NCBI GenBank assembly: GCA_041742825.1 | Contig: JBGTNX010000075.1 | Span: forward strand, 9,960-73,959 | Origin: Acidimicrobiia bacterium | Lineage (GTDB): Bacteria > Actinomycetota > Acidimicrobiia > Spongiisociales > ZC4RG35 | DNA: 64,000 nt | Reading direction: 5' to 3' | Shown: positions 46,582 through 56,147 of the stretch, one piece after another | How positions within the stretch are numbered: position 1 is the stretch's first letter | Layout: every line of letters starts with the position of its first letter | The notes under the pieces: model-generated | What the model was told of the DNA's origin: nothing | Databases searched by the model: none | Seen by the model: the letters and a program-made list of their open reading frames with translations, nothing else | Translations under genes and position numbers: made by a program

Positions 46582-48336
46582 CTATCCCCGGCGCCGACCC
46601 AGCCACTCGATGAACGCCTCGGGTTCGCGGGCGTTGACAACCCGGTCGGTGGTCACCCAACCGCGGCGGGCGTATTCGACGCCGTAGTCCATTCGGACCA
46701 GGTCGGAGGGGTGATGGGAGTCGGTGTCGATCATGACGTCTACCCCGGAGGCCATTGCCTGGCGGCACACCCCGGCGTCGGCATCGAGGCGGTCGAGGGC
46801 ACCGTTGACTTCCAATGCAACCCCGGTCACTGACAGTGCCTCGAGAACCACATCTATGTCGAGCTCGACGCCGGGACGTCGCCCGATCTTGCGCCCGCTG
46901 AGATGCCCGATCGCGTCAACCGACGGGTCGCTCAGGGCGATGAGGATGCGCGACGTCTGCTGGTCGCGGTCGAGATCGAAGTGGGAATGGATGGACGCGA
47001 CGCAATAGTCGAACTCCGCCCTGAACTCGGGGTCGTAATCGAGTTGTCCGCGGGGCCCGATGTTGAGCTCACACCCGAAGAGAAGTCGGATGTCGGGGTA
47101 ACGCTCCTGAAGGTGGCGAATCCGGTCGCGGTGCTCGAGCATCAACTCGCGGGAGGAACCGTTTATGGCGAGATCCTCCCCGTGCTCGGTGAACGCCACA
47201 TACCGGTATCCCGCGCCGACCGCAGCTTTCACCATTTCTTCGAGGGTGGCGCGACCGTCGCCCGACCGGTCGGAGTGGTAGTGCAGGTCTCCCAGGATCT
47301 CATCGCGAGCGATCAAATGGGGAAGCAGGCCCTCCGCTGCGAGGTCGACCTCACCGCTGCCTTCCCGGATCTCGGCCGGAACCCACGTCATGTCCAAGGC
47401 CCCGTAAATGTCCTCTTCGGTCTTCGAGGCGACCACCCTCTCTCCGTCGAACAGGCCGTATTCACTGAGCAGCCAACCGCGATCGATCGCGCGCTGGCGG
47501 AGAGCGATGTTGTGCGCCTTGGACCCGGTGAAGTACAGGATCGCCGACCCGAGTTGATCGACAGTGACGGTTCTAACGTCCACCTGGAAACTCTCCCTGG
47601 TCAATACCGAAGTCTTGGTGTCTCCGGACCCGATCACTTCGCTGACTTCGGGCCACCCCGCAACCGAACCGTGGACCACCTCTGGCTGCGACGTCGCCAC
47701 TACCAGGTCGACGTCGCCGATGGTTTCGGCGAAACGACGAACCGAACCGCAGGGGACCACGTCGACAACTCCCTCCAGCCCGCGCAGCCTCTCGGCGAGG
47801 ACACGGGCCAAGGGCAACGCCTCGGCGAGGGGGGTGCGTCGATCCTTGCCGTGGAGGCCAAGCCGCTCGATAGCCTTGGCGATCTTCTCCTCCGAAGTCT
47901 TGCCCAGACCGGGCAGATCGCGGAGACGCTCTTGTTCGATGGCGGCCTTGAGGTCGTCGATGTTCTCGACACCGAGTTCCCGGCGGATCGTCTTCAGTGT
48001 CTTGGGGCCGAGGCCCGGAATCCGGGTCAGCTGGACGAAGGCCGGCGGGTACTTCTCCCGCAGCATCTTCAGCTTGGCGACGGACCCCGTCTTCTCGAGC
48101 TCGATGAGTTTGTCGGCGGTCGAGTTCCCGACACCCTTGATCTTCACCAGGTCGGCCTTGGTTGCCTGGGTCAGGTCGCCGTCATAGCCCTCTAACCCGT
48201 GAATCGCCGCCTCATAAGCCCGGACCTTGAACGCCTGTGGGCTCCCCTCCTCGAGCGCCGTGAGACGGGCGAGTTCGACGAGCATCCGGATTGCTTCAGA
48301 ACGGGAGACCATGACCGCCGATGGTATCCGGCGCAA
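46582..48336 (-). CDS. polX: DNA polymerase X family protein with C-terminal PHP domain
   Basis: HhH motifs (IKGVGNSTADKL, IPGLGPKTL), Pol-beta palm GSVRRFAETIGDVDLVV and PHP His cluster GDLHYHSDRSGDG. Confidence 0.9.
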   Translation of the reverse strand: MRRIPSAVMVSRSEAIRMLVELARLTALEEGSPQAFKVRAYEAAIHGLEGYDGDLTQATKADLVKIKGVGNSTADKLIELEKTGSVAKLKMLREKYPPAFVQLTRIPGLGPKTLKTIRRELGVENIDDLKAAIEQERLRDLPGLGKTSEEKIAKAIERLGLHGKDRRTPLAEALPLARVLAERLRGLEGVVDVVPCGSVRRFAETIGDVDLVVATSQPEVVHGSVAGWPEVSEVIGSGDTKTSVLTRESFQVDVRTVTVDQLGSAILYFTGSKAHNIALRQRAIDRGWLLSEYGLFDGERVVASKTEEDIYGALDMTWVPAEIREGSGEVDLAAEGLLPHLIARDEILGDLHYHSDRSGDGRATLEEMVKAAVGAGYRYVAFTEHGEDLAINGSSRELMLEHRDRIRHLQERYPDIRLLFGCELNIGPRGQLDYDPEFRAEFDYCVASIHSHFDLDRDQQTSRILIALSDPSVDAIGHLSGRKIGRRPGVELDIDVVLEALSVTGVALEVNGALDRLDADAGVCRQAMASGVDVMIDTDSHHPSDLVRMDYGVEYARRGWVTTDRVVNAREPEAFIEWLGRRRG

Positions 48337-48345
48337 CAGCCTGCG

Positions 48346-48735
48346 TCAGCCTCCGAGCCATGAGATCGGGTCGAATTCCCCGGTAGCCCCCGCTCGCACC
48401 TTGAGGGTGCCGAAGTACGGGACCGTCACCTCCTTTTCGACGATCACCGTCGCCGACCTGACCTCGAGCCCGGAGTCGATTGGGCAATCACATCTCACCA
48501 CTACCGCACCGTTGGCACCGGCGTAGCGGGCTGCCTCGGCTCGTGGATCACCCGCTCCGGCCGGCGGATAGGTGGCGACTGCCGCCGCCAGGGCTGCTGC
48601 ATCTGCTGCATTGTTCGCTTCGGCCCTCACTCCATACAGGACGGTTAGGGACCCGAGGCCGACGAGCGCCGCCATCACCAACGCGATGAGCATGGCTGCA
48701 ACCACCGATGCGGACCCGTGGTCAGCCCGGTTCAC
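48346..48735 (-). CDS. TadE-like pseudopilin of the actinobacterial helicase/secretion-neighbourhood type (Rv3654c-like)
   Basis: N-terminal GSASVVAAMLIALVMAALVGL hydrophobic segment. Last gene of the tad operon. Confidence 0.7.
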   Translation of the reverse strand: MNRADHGSASVVAAMLIALVMAALVGLGSLTVLYGVRAEANNAADAAALAAAVATYPPAGAGDPRAEAARYAGANGAVVVRCDCPIDSGLEVRSATVIVEKEVTVPYFGTLKVRAGATGEFDPISWLGG

Positions 48736-49112
48736 TTTTCTGTGCGCATTGTGGCCCGGGCTGGAATGTCGAACTCGAGGTCGGGGAGGATGAAGAAGTC
48801 GACAACCTGCCGGAACGTCGCGGTCACCGTGGCCATCTGACCGGGGACCGACGGCCGGGTGACCGAGATCCGGGTTCTGGAAGCCATCTCCGGGTCGAGA
48901 GCACCAACCACCGCGTCGACGGCGCGAGAGGGGTCGGGTGTCGTTGCCGCCACCCGTGCCCCCTCCCGCACAGCCCCGATCAGTTCGATCTTCACCCTCG
49001 CCACCGACACCAACTGGAGACCAGCCACCAGGAGGAGGACGACGAGAGGGAGAACCAGGAAGAACTCCACGGTGACCGAGCCCTCCTCAGTCAGAACTTT
49101 CCGACCACCCAC
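48732..49112 (-). CDS. TadE-family protein
   Basis: GSVTVEFFLVLPLVVLLLVAGLQ is a TadE-type N-terminus. Confidence 0.75.
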   Translation of the reverse strand: MGGRKVLTEEGSVTVEFFLVLPLVVLLLVAGLQLVSVARVKIELIGAVREGARVAATTPDPSRAVDAVVGALDPEMASRTRISVTRPSVPGQMATVTATFRQVVDFFILPDLEFDIPARATMRTEK

Positions 49113-49285
49113 GAAATTACCTTCCCGAACAGCCCGCCGAGCAGGCCGCTGCCGCTGCCCGACTGCAGCCAGTTGAGCCCGATGATGGCCAGGGCAGTTG
49201 CGGCCAGGATGACCAGAAAGTACTCAACGGTTCCCTGCCCTCGCTCATCATGTGCCAGCAGCACCAGCTTTGTCCATAAACGCAT
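49091..49285 (-). CDS. Flp-like pilin (DUF4244-like)
   Basis: 64 aa. GQGTVEYFLVILAATALAIIG matches the Flp G/xxxEY processing-site context. Confidence 0.7.
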   Translation of the reverse strand: MRLWTKLVLLAHDERGQGTVEYFLVILAATALAIIGLNWLQSGSGSGLLGGLFGKVISWVVGKF

Positions 49286-49356
49286 TTGCGCTCCTCTCCT
49301 TGTCCGGCAACCGGCCGGCGACGGGAGGAAGTGCGGTTCTCTCGGCGGCCTGGTGC

Positions 49357-49893
49357 TCAGTCAAAAGGCGCCACCAGTCCATCCAGAAGCGAAAGAATCG
49401 TGGGGCCGTAAGCAAGAAGCACCACCCCGGGGAGCGTCAAAAGGCTGAGCGGCAGCATCAGTCTCACCGGCAGTGCCTTGAGCCTCGCCTGCCTCGAGGC
49501 CCGCTCCCTGGCGAGGTCGTCATCGAGGAACCTCCTCACCGCGTCGGCGGCCGATGCACCTGTGGCCTGGGCCCTGGCAAGGTGGATTAGAAGAAAGCGG
49601 AGGCCTCCCCGCGTCTCCTCCACGGCCGCCGTCAATCCGGCGACAGAGGCCACACGGACCGCTTTCTTCAGCTCCCCGGCTTCGGGAAATCGGCCTGCAG
49701 CCGATTGGAGCGCGGATAGCACCGACCTACCCCCGCGAAGCTCGACCAACAGCACCATCATGATCGGCCGCAGATCGTCCTCCCGGCGCCGGCGAGGCAA
49801 GTGGCGGCGGAGACCGAGGACGAGGACCGCGGCAACGGCGCCGGGAAATCCGAGGAAGTTCAGACCCAACGACCCCACAACCAGATAGCTCAA
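49357..49893 (-). CDS. Type II secretion system F-family protein (TadC-like)
   Basis: 178-aa membrane protein with a cytoplasmic helical domain between TM segments. Position in the operon supports the call. Confidence 0.7.
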   Translation of the reverse strand: MSYLVVGSLGLNFLGFPGAVAAVLVLGLRRHLPRRRREDDLRPIMMVLLVELRGGRSVLSALQSAAGRFPEAGELKKAVRVASVAGLTAAVEETRGGLRFLLIHLARAQATGASAADAVRRFLDDDLARERASRQARLKALPVRLMLPLSLLTLPGVVLLAYGPTILSLLDGLVAPFD

Positions 49894-50534
49894 AGTGCCC
49901 TCCTGACCAGAAGGACGCTCACCAGGAGACCGGCACCGGCGAGGCCAATCCCAACCAACGCCACCCCCTGTTGCGCCGGATCTCCCAGAAGATCGCCAAT
50001 GGCGCCGGTGGACAACTGGTAGCCGATGTAGAGGGCGGGAAGGCCGACGAGGACCGCTATCGAGGCACGGGCGGGAGAGGTGGCGACTCTGATATCCTCG
50101 GTGGTCTCCACGCGGGCCAGTGCGAGATCGCCGAGTTCCTGGAACAAAGGCGCCGCTGCCGAGCCGGTCTCGGCGATAGCAGCCACCAGGGCTCCGATCT
50201 CCTGGCCGATCTCGGGAAATTCAGCCCTGAGGTCGGGGATCACATCTTCGAGGAGGCTCCCCGAGTCGAGCGACCCGCTGATCGCATGCGCTTCGACTGA
50301 TCGAGCGGCTTCGGCGATCGCACCCCGAAGAGGTGCTCCGCTGCGGAGCTCTCGCCCGACCGCCTGGCAAAAAAGAGCAGACCTCGTCGATGTGCCCGGC
50401 CGGTTGGCCAGCACGTGAATGGCAAGGCCGGCGAGCGCCCACAAAGGGAAGATCAAAGAAGCAAGAAGGAGTGCGACAACTCTCCAATCCATCCCGGCTG
50501 ATAGTGCCCATGCGACCACCAGCCACTCAGACAT
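49890..50534 (-). CDS. Type II secretion system F-family protein (TadB-like)
   Basis: I chose the start MSEWLVVAWALSAG (50534). The longer ORF would run through the tadA 3' end. Confidence 0.7.
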   Translation of the reverse strand: MSEWLVVAWALSAGMDWRVVALLLASLIFPLWALAGLAIHVLANRPGTSTRSALFCQAVGRELRSGAPLRGAIAEAARSVEAHAISGSLDSGSLLEDVIPDLRAEFPEIGQEIGALVAAIAETGSAAAPLFQELGDLALARVETTEDIRVATSPARASIAVLVGLPALYIGYQLSTGAIGDLLGDPAQQGVALVGIGLAGAGLLVSVLLVRRAL

Positions 50535-51609
50535 CGATCTCCTCCATGTGGCCGTCGCTGCCCACCGAGGACAGCGAGGAGACGTACCGACGCTCAGCGG
50601 AGCGGGCCACCTGCACCACCAGGTCGACCGCCGCGAAGAGCTGGCGCCGAATTGCGTCGGGTGATGCCGCACCGTCGAGCAACGCCAGCGTCTCCAACCG
50701 CCACATCGCCTCCTCGGGCGAGTTGGCATGGACTGTTGACATCGAACCGCGGTGACCGGTGTTCAATGCTGTGACCAGGTCGAGTGCTTCGGGTCCGCGG
50801 ACTTCGCCGAGCACAATCCGGTCCGGGCGGAGCCGGAGGGCCGAACGCAGCAGTTGACGGATACTGACCTCACCGAAACCCTCCGCATTTGCAGGCCGGG
50901 CCTCGAGGCGCACGACGTGACCGGGAAAGTCCAGTTCAGCTGCGTCTTCGACTGTTACCAGACGCTCATTGCGGGGGATCTCCGCTGCAAGCACATTGAG
51001 CAGCGTTGTCTTCCCGGTCCCGGTCCCTCCGGACACGACAATTGTCTTCCGGGCCCCTACCGAAGAGCGGAGGAATGCCGCGCACCCATCGCTCACCGCT
51101 CCCAGCGAGACGAGGGCGGGGAGGTCGCGGACTGTAGGGCGGAACCTGCGGATGGCGATCACAGGATTGTCCACGGTTGCCGGGGGTATCGCCACATGGA
51201 TCCTGGAGCCATCGGGCAGCCGTCCATCGACCATCGGCGACGTTCGATCAACGCGCAGGCCGAGGGTGGCAATGGTTCGCTCCACCGTGGCCATGAGATC
51301 GGCGACCGAGGCGAACGAGACGGGGACGAGCTCGAGGTCGGACCCCCGGTCGACCCAGATCTCACCGGGCCCGTTGACGAGGATGTCTGTAATCCGGGGG
51401 TCGTCGATCAATGGCTGCAATGGACCCAGACCGAGAACCCGGTCGACAACATCGCCAACGAGGATGTTGGGGCTGAGGGGCGCTTCGATAGCGAGCAGTC
51501 GCCCGGCCATCTCGGCTACCTCACCACGGACCGACGTGGCGCCGTCGCGGGCGACGAGGGTGGCTACCCGGTCGGCTAGGCCCATGGCATCTCCCAGATA
51601 CCCCGCCAA
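50527..51609 (-). CDS. TadA/CpaF-family secretion ATPase
   Basis: Walker A VSGGTGTGKTTLL, Walker B VTVEDAAEL and His box TGHRGSMSTVHA. Confidence 0.9.
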   Translation of the reverse strand: MAGYLGDAMGLADRVATLVARDGATSVRGEVAEMAGRLLAIEAPLSPNILVGDVVDRVLGLGPLQPLIDDPRITDILVNGPGEIWVDRGSDLELVPVSFASVADLMATVERTIATLGLRVDRTSPMVDGRLPDGSRIHVAIPPATVDNPVIAIRRFRPTVRDLPALVSLGAVSDGCAAFLRSSVGARKTIVVSGGTGTGKTTLLNVLAAEIPRNERLVTVEDAAELDFPGHVVRLEARPANAEGFGEVSIRQLLRSALRLRPDRIVLGEVRGPEALDLVTALNTGHRGSMSTVHANSPEEAMWRLETLALLDGAASPDAIRRQLFAAVDLVVQVARSAERRYVSSLSSVGSDGHMEEIDV

Positions 51610-52121
51610 GAATCAACCCATCGCCTCGCCTGCGGGGTCTTGCCCTCGAGCATCGCCATCACCGGGCGGCGGCCGAGACGGGGCAGAACCGGGCCGGGCA
51701 GGGACGGCACCGATACGCCGGTCGCCGGTTGCCAGACTGACGGGGACGCTGCTCCGGGCCCGAGGAAGCCGGGCAGAATCGCCCGGTACGGCACGGTCGG
51801 TCCCGGCCACAACTTCCCGTCGGAGCGGACGACGAGTGCCGGCCAGCGACCGGCGAGAATCTCGACCGCATGGGTCAACTGGTCGCCGGTCATCGCGCCA
51901 GATGCGATTGTGGCCACCCCGCGGCGGCCCGGGCTGAGGTCGAGGAGGGTCGGGCCGTCGACCATCAGCTGGGCCAGGGTCTTCGTGCCCGGAAGGTACC
52001 GGGTGCGGACGTCGACGATCAGTGCCGTCCCTGCCGCCAGTGCCAGGCCGATCGGGCCGATCCACGAAAGCACCGGGTCCTCGGCATGGACCCCCAGAAC
52101 CTGACGTCTCCTACTCCCCAT
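51576..52121 (-). CDS. Short CpaE/Ssd-like protein lacking a P-loop
   Basis: Occupies the first position of the tad operon, as Rv3660c does. It is 181 aa and I saw no KGGxGK(S/T) motif. Confidence 0.5.
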   Translation of the reverse strand: MGSRRRQVLGVHAEDPVLSWIGPIGLALAAGTALIVDVRTRYLPGTKTLAQLMVDGPTLLDLSPGRRGVATIASGAMTGDQLTHAVEILAGRWPALVVRSDGKLWPGPTVPYRAILPGFLGPGAASPSVWQPATGVSVPSLPGPVLPRLGRRPVMAMLEGKTPQARRWVDSWRGIWEMPWA

Positions 52122-52195
52122 CCTCTGAAGGTATGGGGCGGGGCAGGCGACTTCAAGAGGGTTGGTGTGGCCAGATCCCGGCTAACTTGAAGACC

Positions 52196-52972
52196 GTGAC
52201 CGAAGCAGCGTTCTTCGACCTCGACAAGACGATCATCGCCAAGTCATCCACCCTCGCCTTCACCAAGCCGATGTTCAAGGCGGGGATGTTGAATCGGAGG
52301 ACCCTGGCGAAGGCGGGCATCGCCCAGGCCTACTACCAGCTGTTCGGCGCCGACCACGAGCAGCTGGAGCGGGTCAAAGCCGAGATGGCGTCATTGACCG
52401 CAGGCTGGGACCGCGATGAAATCGTCGCCATGGTCGAAGAGACCGTCAGCGGGATCGTCCCGCCCCTCGTTTTCGCCGAGGCTCTGGCCATCATCGAAAG
52501 CCATCGGGGCAAAGGGAGGCGGATAATCGTCGTTTCGTCGAGCCCCGAGGAGATCGTCCAACCGCTGTGCCGGTATCTCGCCATCGATGAGGTGATCGCC
52601 ACCCGAGCCGAAGTTGGACCCGACGGCAAGTACACCGGACAGATCGCTCAGTATGCCTACGGACCGGGGAAGGCGGTTGCCATGGCCGAGCTTGCGGAGC
52701 GGGATGGGATCGACCTCGCCGCCTCCTACGCATACAGCGACTCCGCTACCGACATCCCGATGCTCGAGCTCGTCGGGCACCCGGTGGCGGTCAACCCGGA
52801 TGCCGAATTGGAGAAGCATGCCAAAGAAAAGGGTTGGGAGATAAGGACTTTCCTCAACCCCGTGTCACTACGCGATCGGCTCAACGAGTCGAAGTTGCAA
52901 GGTGCCGCCCTGGCCGGGGGATTCGCCGCGCTTGTGACCTACTGGGCTCTCAGAGGCCGTCGCTCTCGATAG
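52196..52972 (+). CDS. HAD-IB family hydrolase (SerB-like)
   Basis: Motif I FFDLDKTII, and AYSDSATDIPML (motif IV). I chose GTG 52196; ATG 52133 is the alternative. Confidence 0.8.
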   Translation: MTEAAFFDLDKTIIAKSSTLAFTKPMFKAGMLNRRTLAKAGIAQAYYQLFGADHEQLERVKAEMASLTAGWDRDEIVAMVEETVSGIVPPLVFAEALAIIESHRGKGRRIIVVSSSPEEIVQPLCRYLAIDEVIATRAEVGPDGKYTGQIAQYAYGPGKAVAMAELAERDGIDLAASYAYSDSATDIPMLELVGHPVAVNPDAELEKHAKEKGWEIRTFLNPVSLRDRLNESKLQGAALAGGFAALVTYWALRGRRSR

Positions 52973-53306
52973 CGACCAGCCCGACCTCGCTCACCCTGAG
53001 CAGTTCCACAATTTCGGCCACAGAGTCAGCACCCTCGAGGTTCGTCACGAGATCACGGTGCAGCGAAACGCCGGCAATCTCCCACACCCCGCTGCGGTCG
53101 AGTGAGCCGGTCACCAATCCGGAGTGGGTGGTCTTCAGCGCATCGGTCGCCGCGGTCACGATTACCGCCGCTGGTGGGGCATCCGGACCGAGGCCCCAGT
53201 TTCGGGGACTGCCTGAGGAATCCAGATCACACCGGTCGTCGCCGCCGCCTTCGAGGAATGCAGAGATGGTCTCACTCAGTCGCATGGAGGCAAAAGTAGT
53301 CTGCAT
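52950..53306 (-). CDS. Hypothetical protein
   Basis: 118-aa ORF convergent with the HAD gene (23-nt overlap). No motif recognised. Confidence 0.4.
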   Translation of the reverse strand: MQTTFASMRLSETISAFLEGGGDDRCDLDSSGSPRNWGLGPDAPPAAVIVTAATDALKTTHSGLVTGSLDRSGVWEIAGVSLHRDLVTNLEGADSVAEIVELLRVSEVGLVAIESDGL

Positions 53307-53309
53307 CGA

Positions 53310-53942
53310 ATGAAACGTCGTTCGATGGTCATTGTCGCTGCCGGCTCGTCATCGAGATTCGGCACCGACAAGCTGATGGCGGATATCTCCGGGAGTCCCC
53401 TCATCGCCCTTACCGTGCAGGTAGTCAGGGCGGCAGTCGACTTCTGCGTGCTGGTCGCCCGTGAAGACCAGATCGACGACCTGACGGCAATGGACCTCGA
53501 TATTGACATCGTCCAGGGCGGGGCGACCCGCACCGAAAGTGAAACCGCTGGCCTGGCCGCCGTCCCGCCCAGCCGTCTGATCGGGATCCACGACGGCGCC
53601 CGCCCTGCGATCACCCCCGGATTGATCGACCAGCTCTTCGAGGCCGCCTCCGTCCATGGTGGCGCCGTCCCCGGCCTGGCCCCGCGGGCAGCCCTGATCG
53701 ACCGAGACGGTCATACCCCGGTGAGGCATGCAGTGGCTGTGCAGACACCGCAGGTCTTCTGGGGCGCCGAACTAAAAGCCGCCTACCTCGCCGCCAACCA
53801 ATCGGGCTTCACCGGCTACGACACCGCCGACGTAGTCCGCAACTTCACCAACCTGGAAGTAGCAGTGGTCCCCGGCGACCCCCAAAACATCAAGATCACC
53901 TATCAAGAAGACCTGGAGCGGGTTCGGCTGACGCTCTCCTAG
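53310..53942 (+). CDS. ispD: 2-C-methyl-D-erythritol 4-phosphate cytidylyltransferase
   Basis: VIVAAGSSSRFG..DKL, IHDGARP and VQTPQVF. Confidence 0.9.
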   Translation: MKRRSMVIVAAGSSSRFGTDKLMADISGSPLIALTVQVVRAAVDFCVLVAREDQIDDLTAMDLDIDIVQGGATRTESETAGLAAVPPSRLIGIHDGARPAITPGLIDQLFEAASVHGGAVPGLAPRAALIDRDGHTPVRHAVAVQTPQVFWGAELKAAYLAANQSGFTGYDTADVVRNFTNLEVAVVPGDPQNIKITYQEDLERVRLTLS

Positions 53943-53943
53943 A

Positions 53944-54165
53944 CACTCGATCTCCCAGCTCATTGGATCTCTCCCTCCTACCTACCGGCCCTTCCGGGCC
54001 GGCAGGGACCTTCGGCTTCTGAGAGGCGACCAACGTGGAGCGGCAGCCCGGCCGACCGGCGTCTGTCCGACGAGCATCACCCCCAAAACACGGCACGGCG
54101 TAAGTTGATCCCCCCGTCCCGCGGAGAAATTCAGGACCAGGGAGCCAATCCCGTCGAAGTCGGCC
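53944..54165 (+). repeat. Intergenic modular repeat, copy C (second half of copy A)
   Basis: Parts in order: box CACTCGATCTCCC (53944-53956); TCTCCCTCCTACCT; hairpin CCGGCCC-TTCC-GGGCCGG; core GGAGCGGCAGCCCGGCCGACCGGCGTCTGTCCGACGAGCATCACCC; and tail CGTCGAAGTCGGCC (54152-54165). Confidence 0.8.
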
Positions 54166-54210
54166 GGCAATTGAATTGACAAATGGTCGGGAATAGTCGA
54201 CCATACGGGA

Positions 54211-54795
54211 ATGGCCGACCATTTGGTCCCGGACTATGAGCTGGAGGAGACCCTGGAGGTCGATTCTGTCGAGATGTTCAAGGCGGTGTTCGATGAGACC
54301 CGGATGCAGATCACTGACCTTCTGACCGAGCGGGCGGCCACAACTTCTGAAATCGCTGACACCCTGGGGAAGCCGAAAGGAACCGTTGGCCACCACGTGC
54401 AGGTACTGGAAGAAGCAGGGCTTATCCGGGTGGTCCGCACTAAGAAGGTGCGGGCGATCGAGGCCAAATACTATGGCCGGGTCGCCCGGACCTTCCTCCT
54501 CACTTCACGGGTCAAAGACATCGACGTCGGGATCAGTCCCGACTACTTCCTGACCTCGGCGGCTGCCGACTACGCCAACGCCGCGCACACCCACGACGAT
54601 GAGATGCCGATGATGAGCAGCCTTCGCTACGCCCGAATCCCCGAGGAGCGGGCCCGGGAGTGGGTGCTTCGACTGGGTGAGCTCACCCAGGAGTTCGTTG
54701 CCGATGTGCGGGACGGTGAAACTACCTATGGAATGCTTGTCGCGTTCTACCCGACCGACCGTCCCCATCTGCCTGACCGGGAGGATACGGAATGA
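54211..54795 (+). CDS. ArsR-family winged-helix transcriptional regulator
   Basis: FKAVFDETRMQITDLL...TSEIADTLGKPKGTVGHHVQVLEEAGLI. Overlaps the downstream MFS gene. Confidence 0.85.
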   Translation: MADHLVPDYELEETLEVDSVEMFKAVFDETRMQITDLLTERAATTSEIADTLGKPKGTVGHHVQVLEEAGLIRVVRTKKVRAIEAKYYGRVARTFLLTSRVKDIDVGISPDYFLTSAAADYANAAHTHDDEMPMMSSLRYARIPEERAREWVLRLGELTQEFVADVRDGETTYGMLVAFYPTDRPHLPDREDTE

Positions 54796-56147
54796 AGGAG
54801 AAGCTGGGAGCCAACTACTGGAAGCTCTGGACGGCGTCGGTTGTCACCAACTTCGGCGATGGCGTCGGTGCTGTCGCCTACCCGTGGCTGGCCTCCGCGG
54901 TGACCCGTAACCCGCTCCACATCGCCCTGGTTGGCGTTGCCACCCGCCTCCCCTGGCTCGTTTTCTCCCTGCCCGCCGGGGTGATAACCGACCGGGTGGA
55001 CCGCAAGCGTCTGATCAGCTCCATGGACATCCTCCGGTTCTTGATCACGCTGGGTGTCGGGGTGGCCGTGCTGGCGTCTGAGTCGGAGCTTGCCAGACCG
55101 GACGAGATCGCCGCCGGGACCGCGGCTACACCGGCAAACAGCGCCTTCCTCCTTGCGGTCATCTACGGTGCCGCCCTCCTCCTCGGTATGGCCGAGGTGC
55201 TTCGGGACAACTCGGCGCAGACGTTGATGCCATCGATCGTCACCAAGTCGAACCTGGAGCGCGCCAACGGGCGGCTCTGGGGAGCTGAAGTTGTGATGAA
55301 TTCCTTCGCGGGACCACCTGCGGCCGGCTTCCTGATCGCGGTTGCCTTCTCGCTTCCCTTCTTTGTCGACGCCGCCACGTTTGCGGTTTCAGCGGCATTG
55401 ATATTCAGCATCTCGGGCCAGTTCCGGGCGAAGCAGAACGCCGGAATACCGGCACGCGAGCGTCCGTCGTTCAAAGAGGAGCTGAAGGAGGGCGTGAAGT
55501 GGCTGTGGTCTCACCCCCTCTTTCGACCAATGGCAATTTCCCTGGGCATCATCAACGCCCTTTCCACCCTTGCTCTCGCCACTGCAGTTCTCTTTGCCCA
55601 GGAGGTCCTCGAGCTCGACGCAACCCAATTCGGAATCCTGCTCACCGCGGCCGCGGCCGGCGCAGTTCTCGGGTCTTTCCTCGCCCCGAAGATCTCGGAG
55701 AGGATCGGTCAGGGAGCGTCTCTGTTCGTCTCGATCGGGGCCTTTGGACTGACCCTTGCTGTCATCGGACTGACTTCGTCCGCCATCGTGGTCTGGGTGA
55801 TGTTCGCCGTTCAGTCGATATTCGTGATGTTGTGGAACATCATCACCGTGTCACTGCGGCAATCGTTGATCCCCGACAATCTCCTCGGGAGGGTCAACTC
55901 CGTTTACCGGTTCCTGGGTTGGGGCATGATGCCGATCGGCGCGATCCTGGGGGGAGTCCTGGTCTCGGTGATGGAGCCGATCGCCGGACGGGACTGGGCT
56001 CTTAGGATTCCGTTCTTGGTCGCAGCCGGAGCAACAGCCCTGATGTTCTTTTACGCGCTGCCCCGGCTCAACAGCACGAGAATCGCCGAGGCGCGTCAGA
56101 TGTCGTCGTCAGCCGACTCCGTCGAGTCGTCGTTTGAAGAGGCCTGA
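54792..56147 (+). CDS. MFS transporter (EntS/MFS_3-like)
   Basis: 451 aa with about 12 TM helices. The N-terminus reads YWKLWTASVVTNFGDGV. Confidence 0.85.
   Translation: MKEKLGANYWKLWTASVVTNFGDGVGAVAYPWLASAVTRNPLHIALVGVATRLPWLVFSLPAGVITDRVDRKRLISSMDILRFLITLGVGVAVLASESELARPDEIAAGTAATPANSAFLLAVIYGAALLLGMAEVLRDNSAQTLMPSIVTKSNLERANGRLWGAEVVMNSFAGPPAAGFLIAVAFSLPFFVDAATFAVSAALIFSISGQFRAKQNAGIPARERPSFKEELKEGVKWLWSHPLFRPMAISLGIINALSTLALATAVLFAQEVLELDATQFGILLTAAAAGAVLGSFLAPKISERIGQGASLFVSIGAFGLTLAVIGLTSSAIVVWVMFAVQSIFVMLWNIITVSLRQSLIPDNLLGRVNSVYRFLGWGMMPIGAILGGVLVSVMEPIAGRDWALRIPFLVAAGATALMFFYALPRLNSTRIAEARQMSSSADSVESSFEEA

Noticed and set aside
54176-54211. Leaderless promoter for the ArsR gene (TTGACA at 54176-54181)
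   Set aside because: No acceptable TANNNT -10 hexamer lies at 16-19 nt spacing, only GACCAT/ACCATA/CCATAC. The -35-like hexamer alone is not enough.
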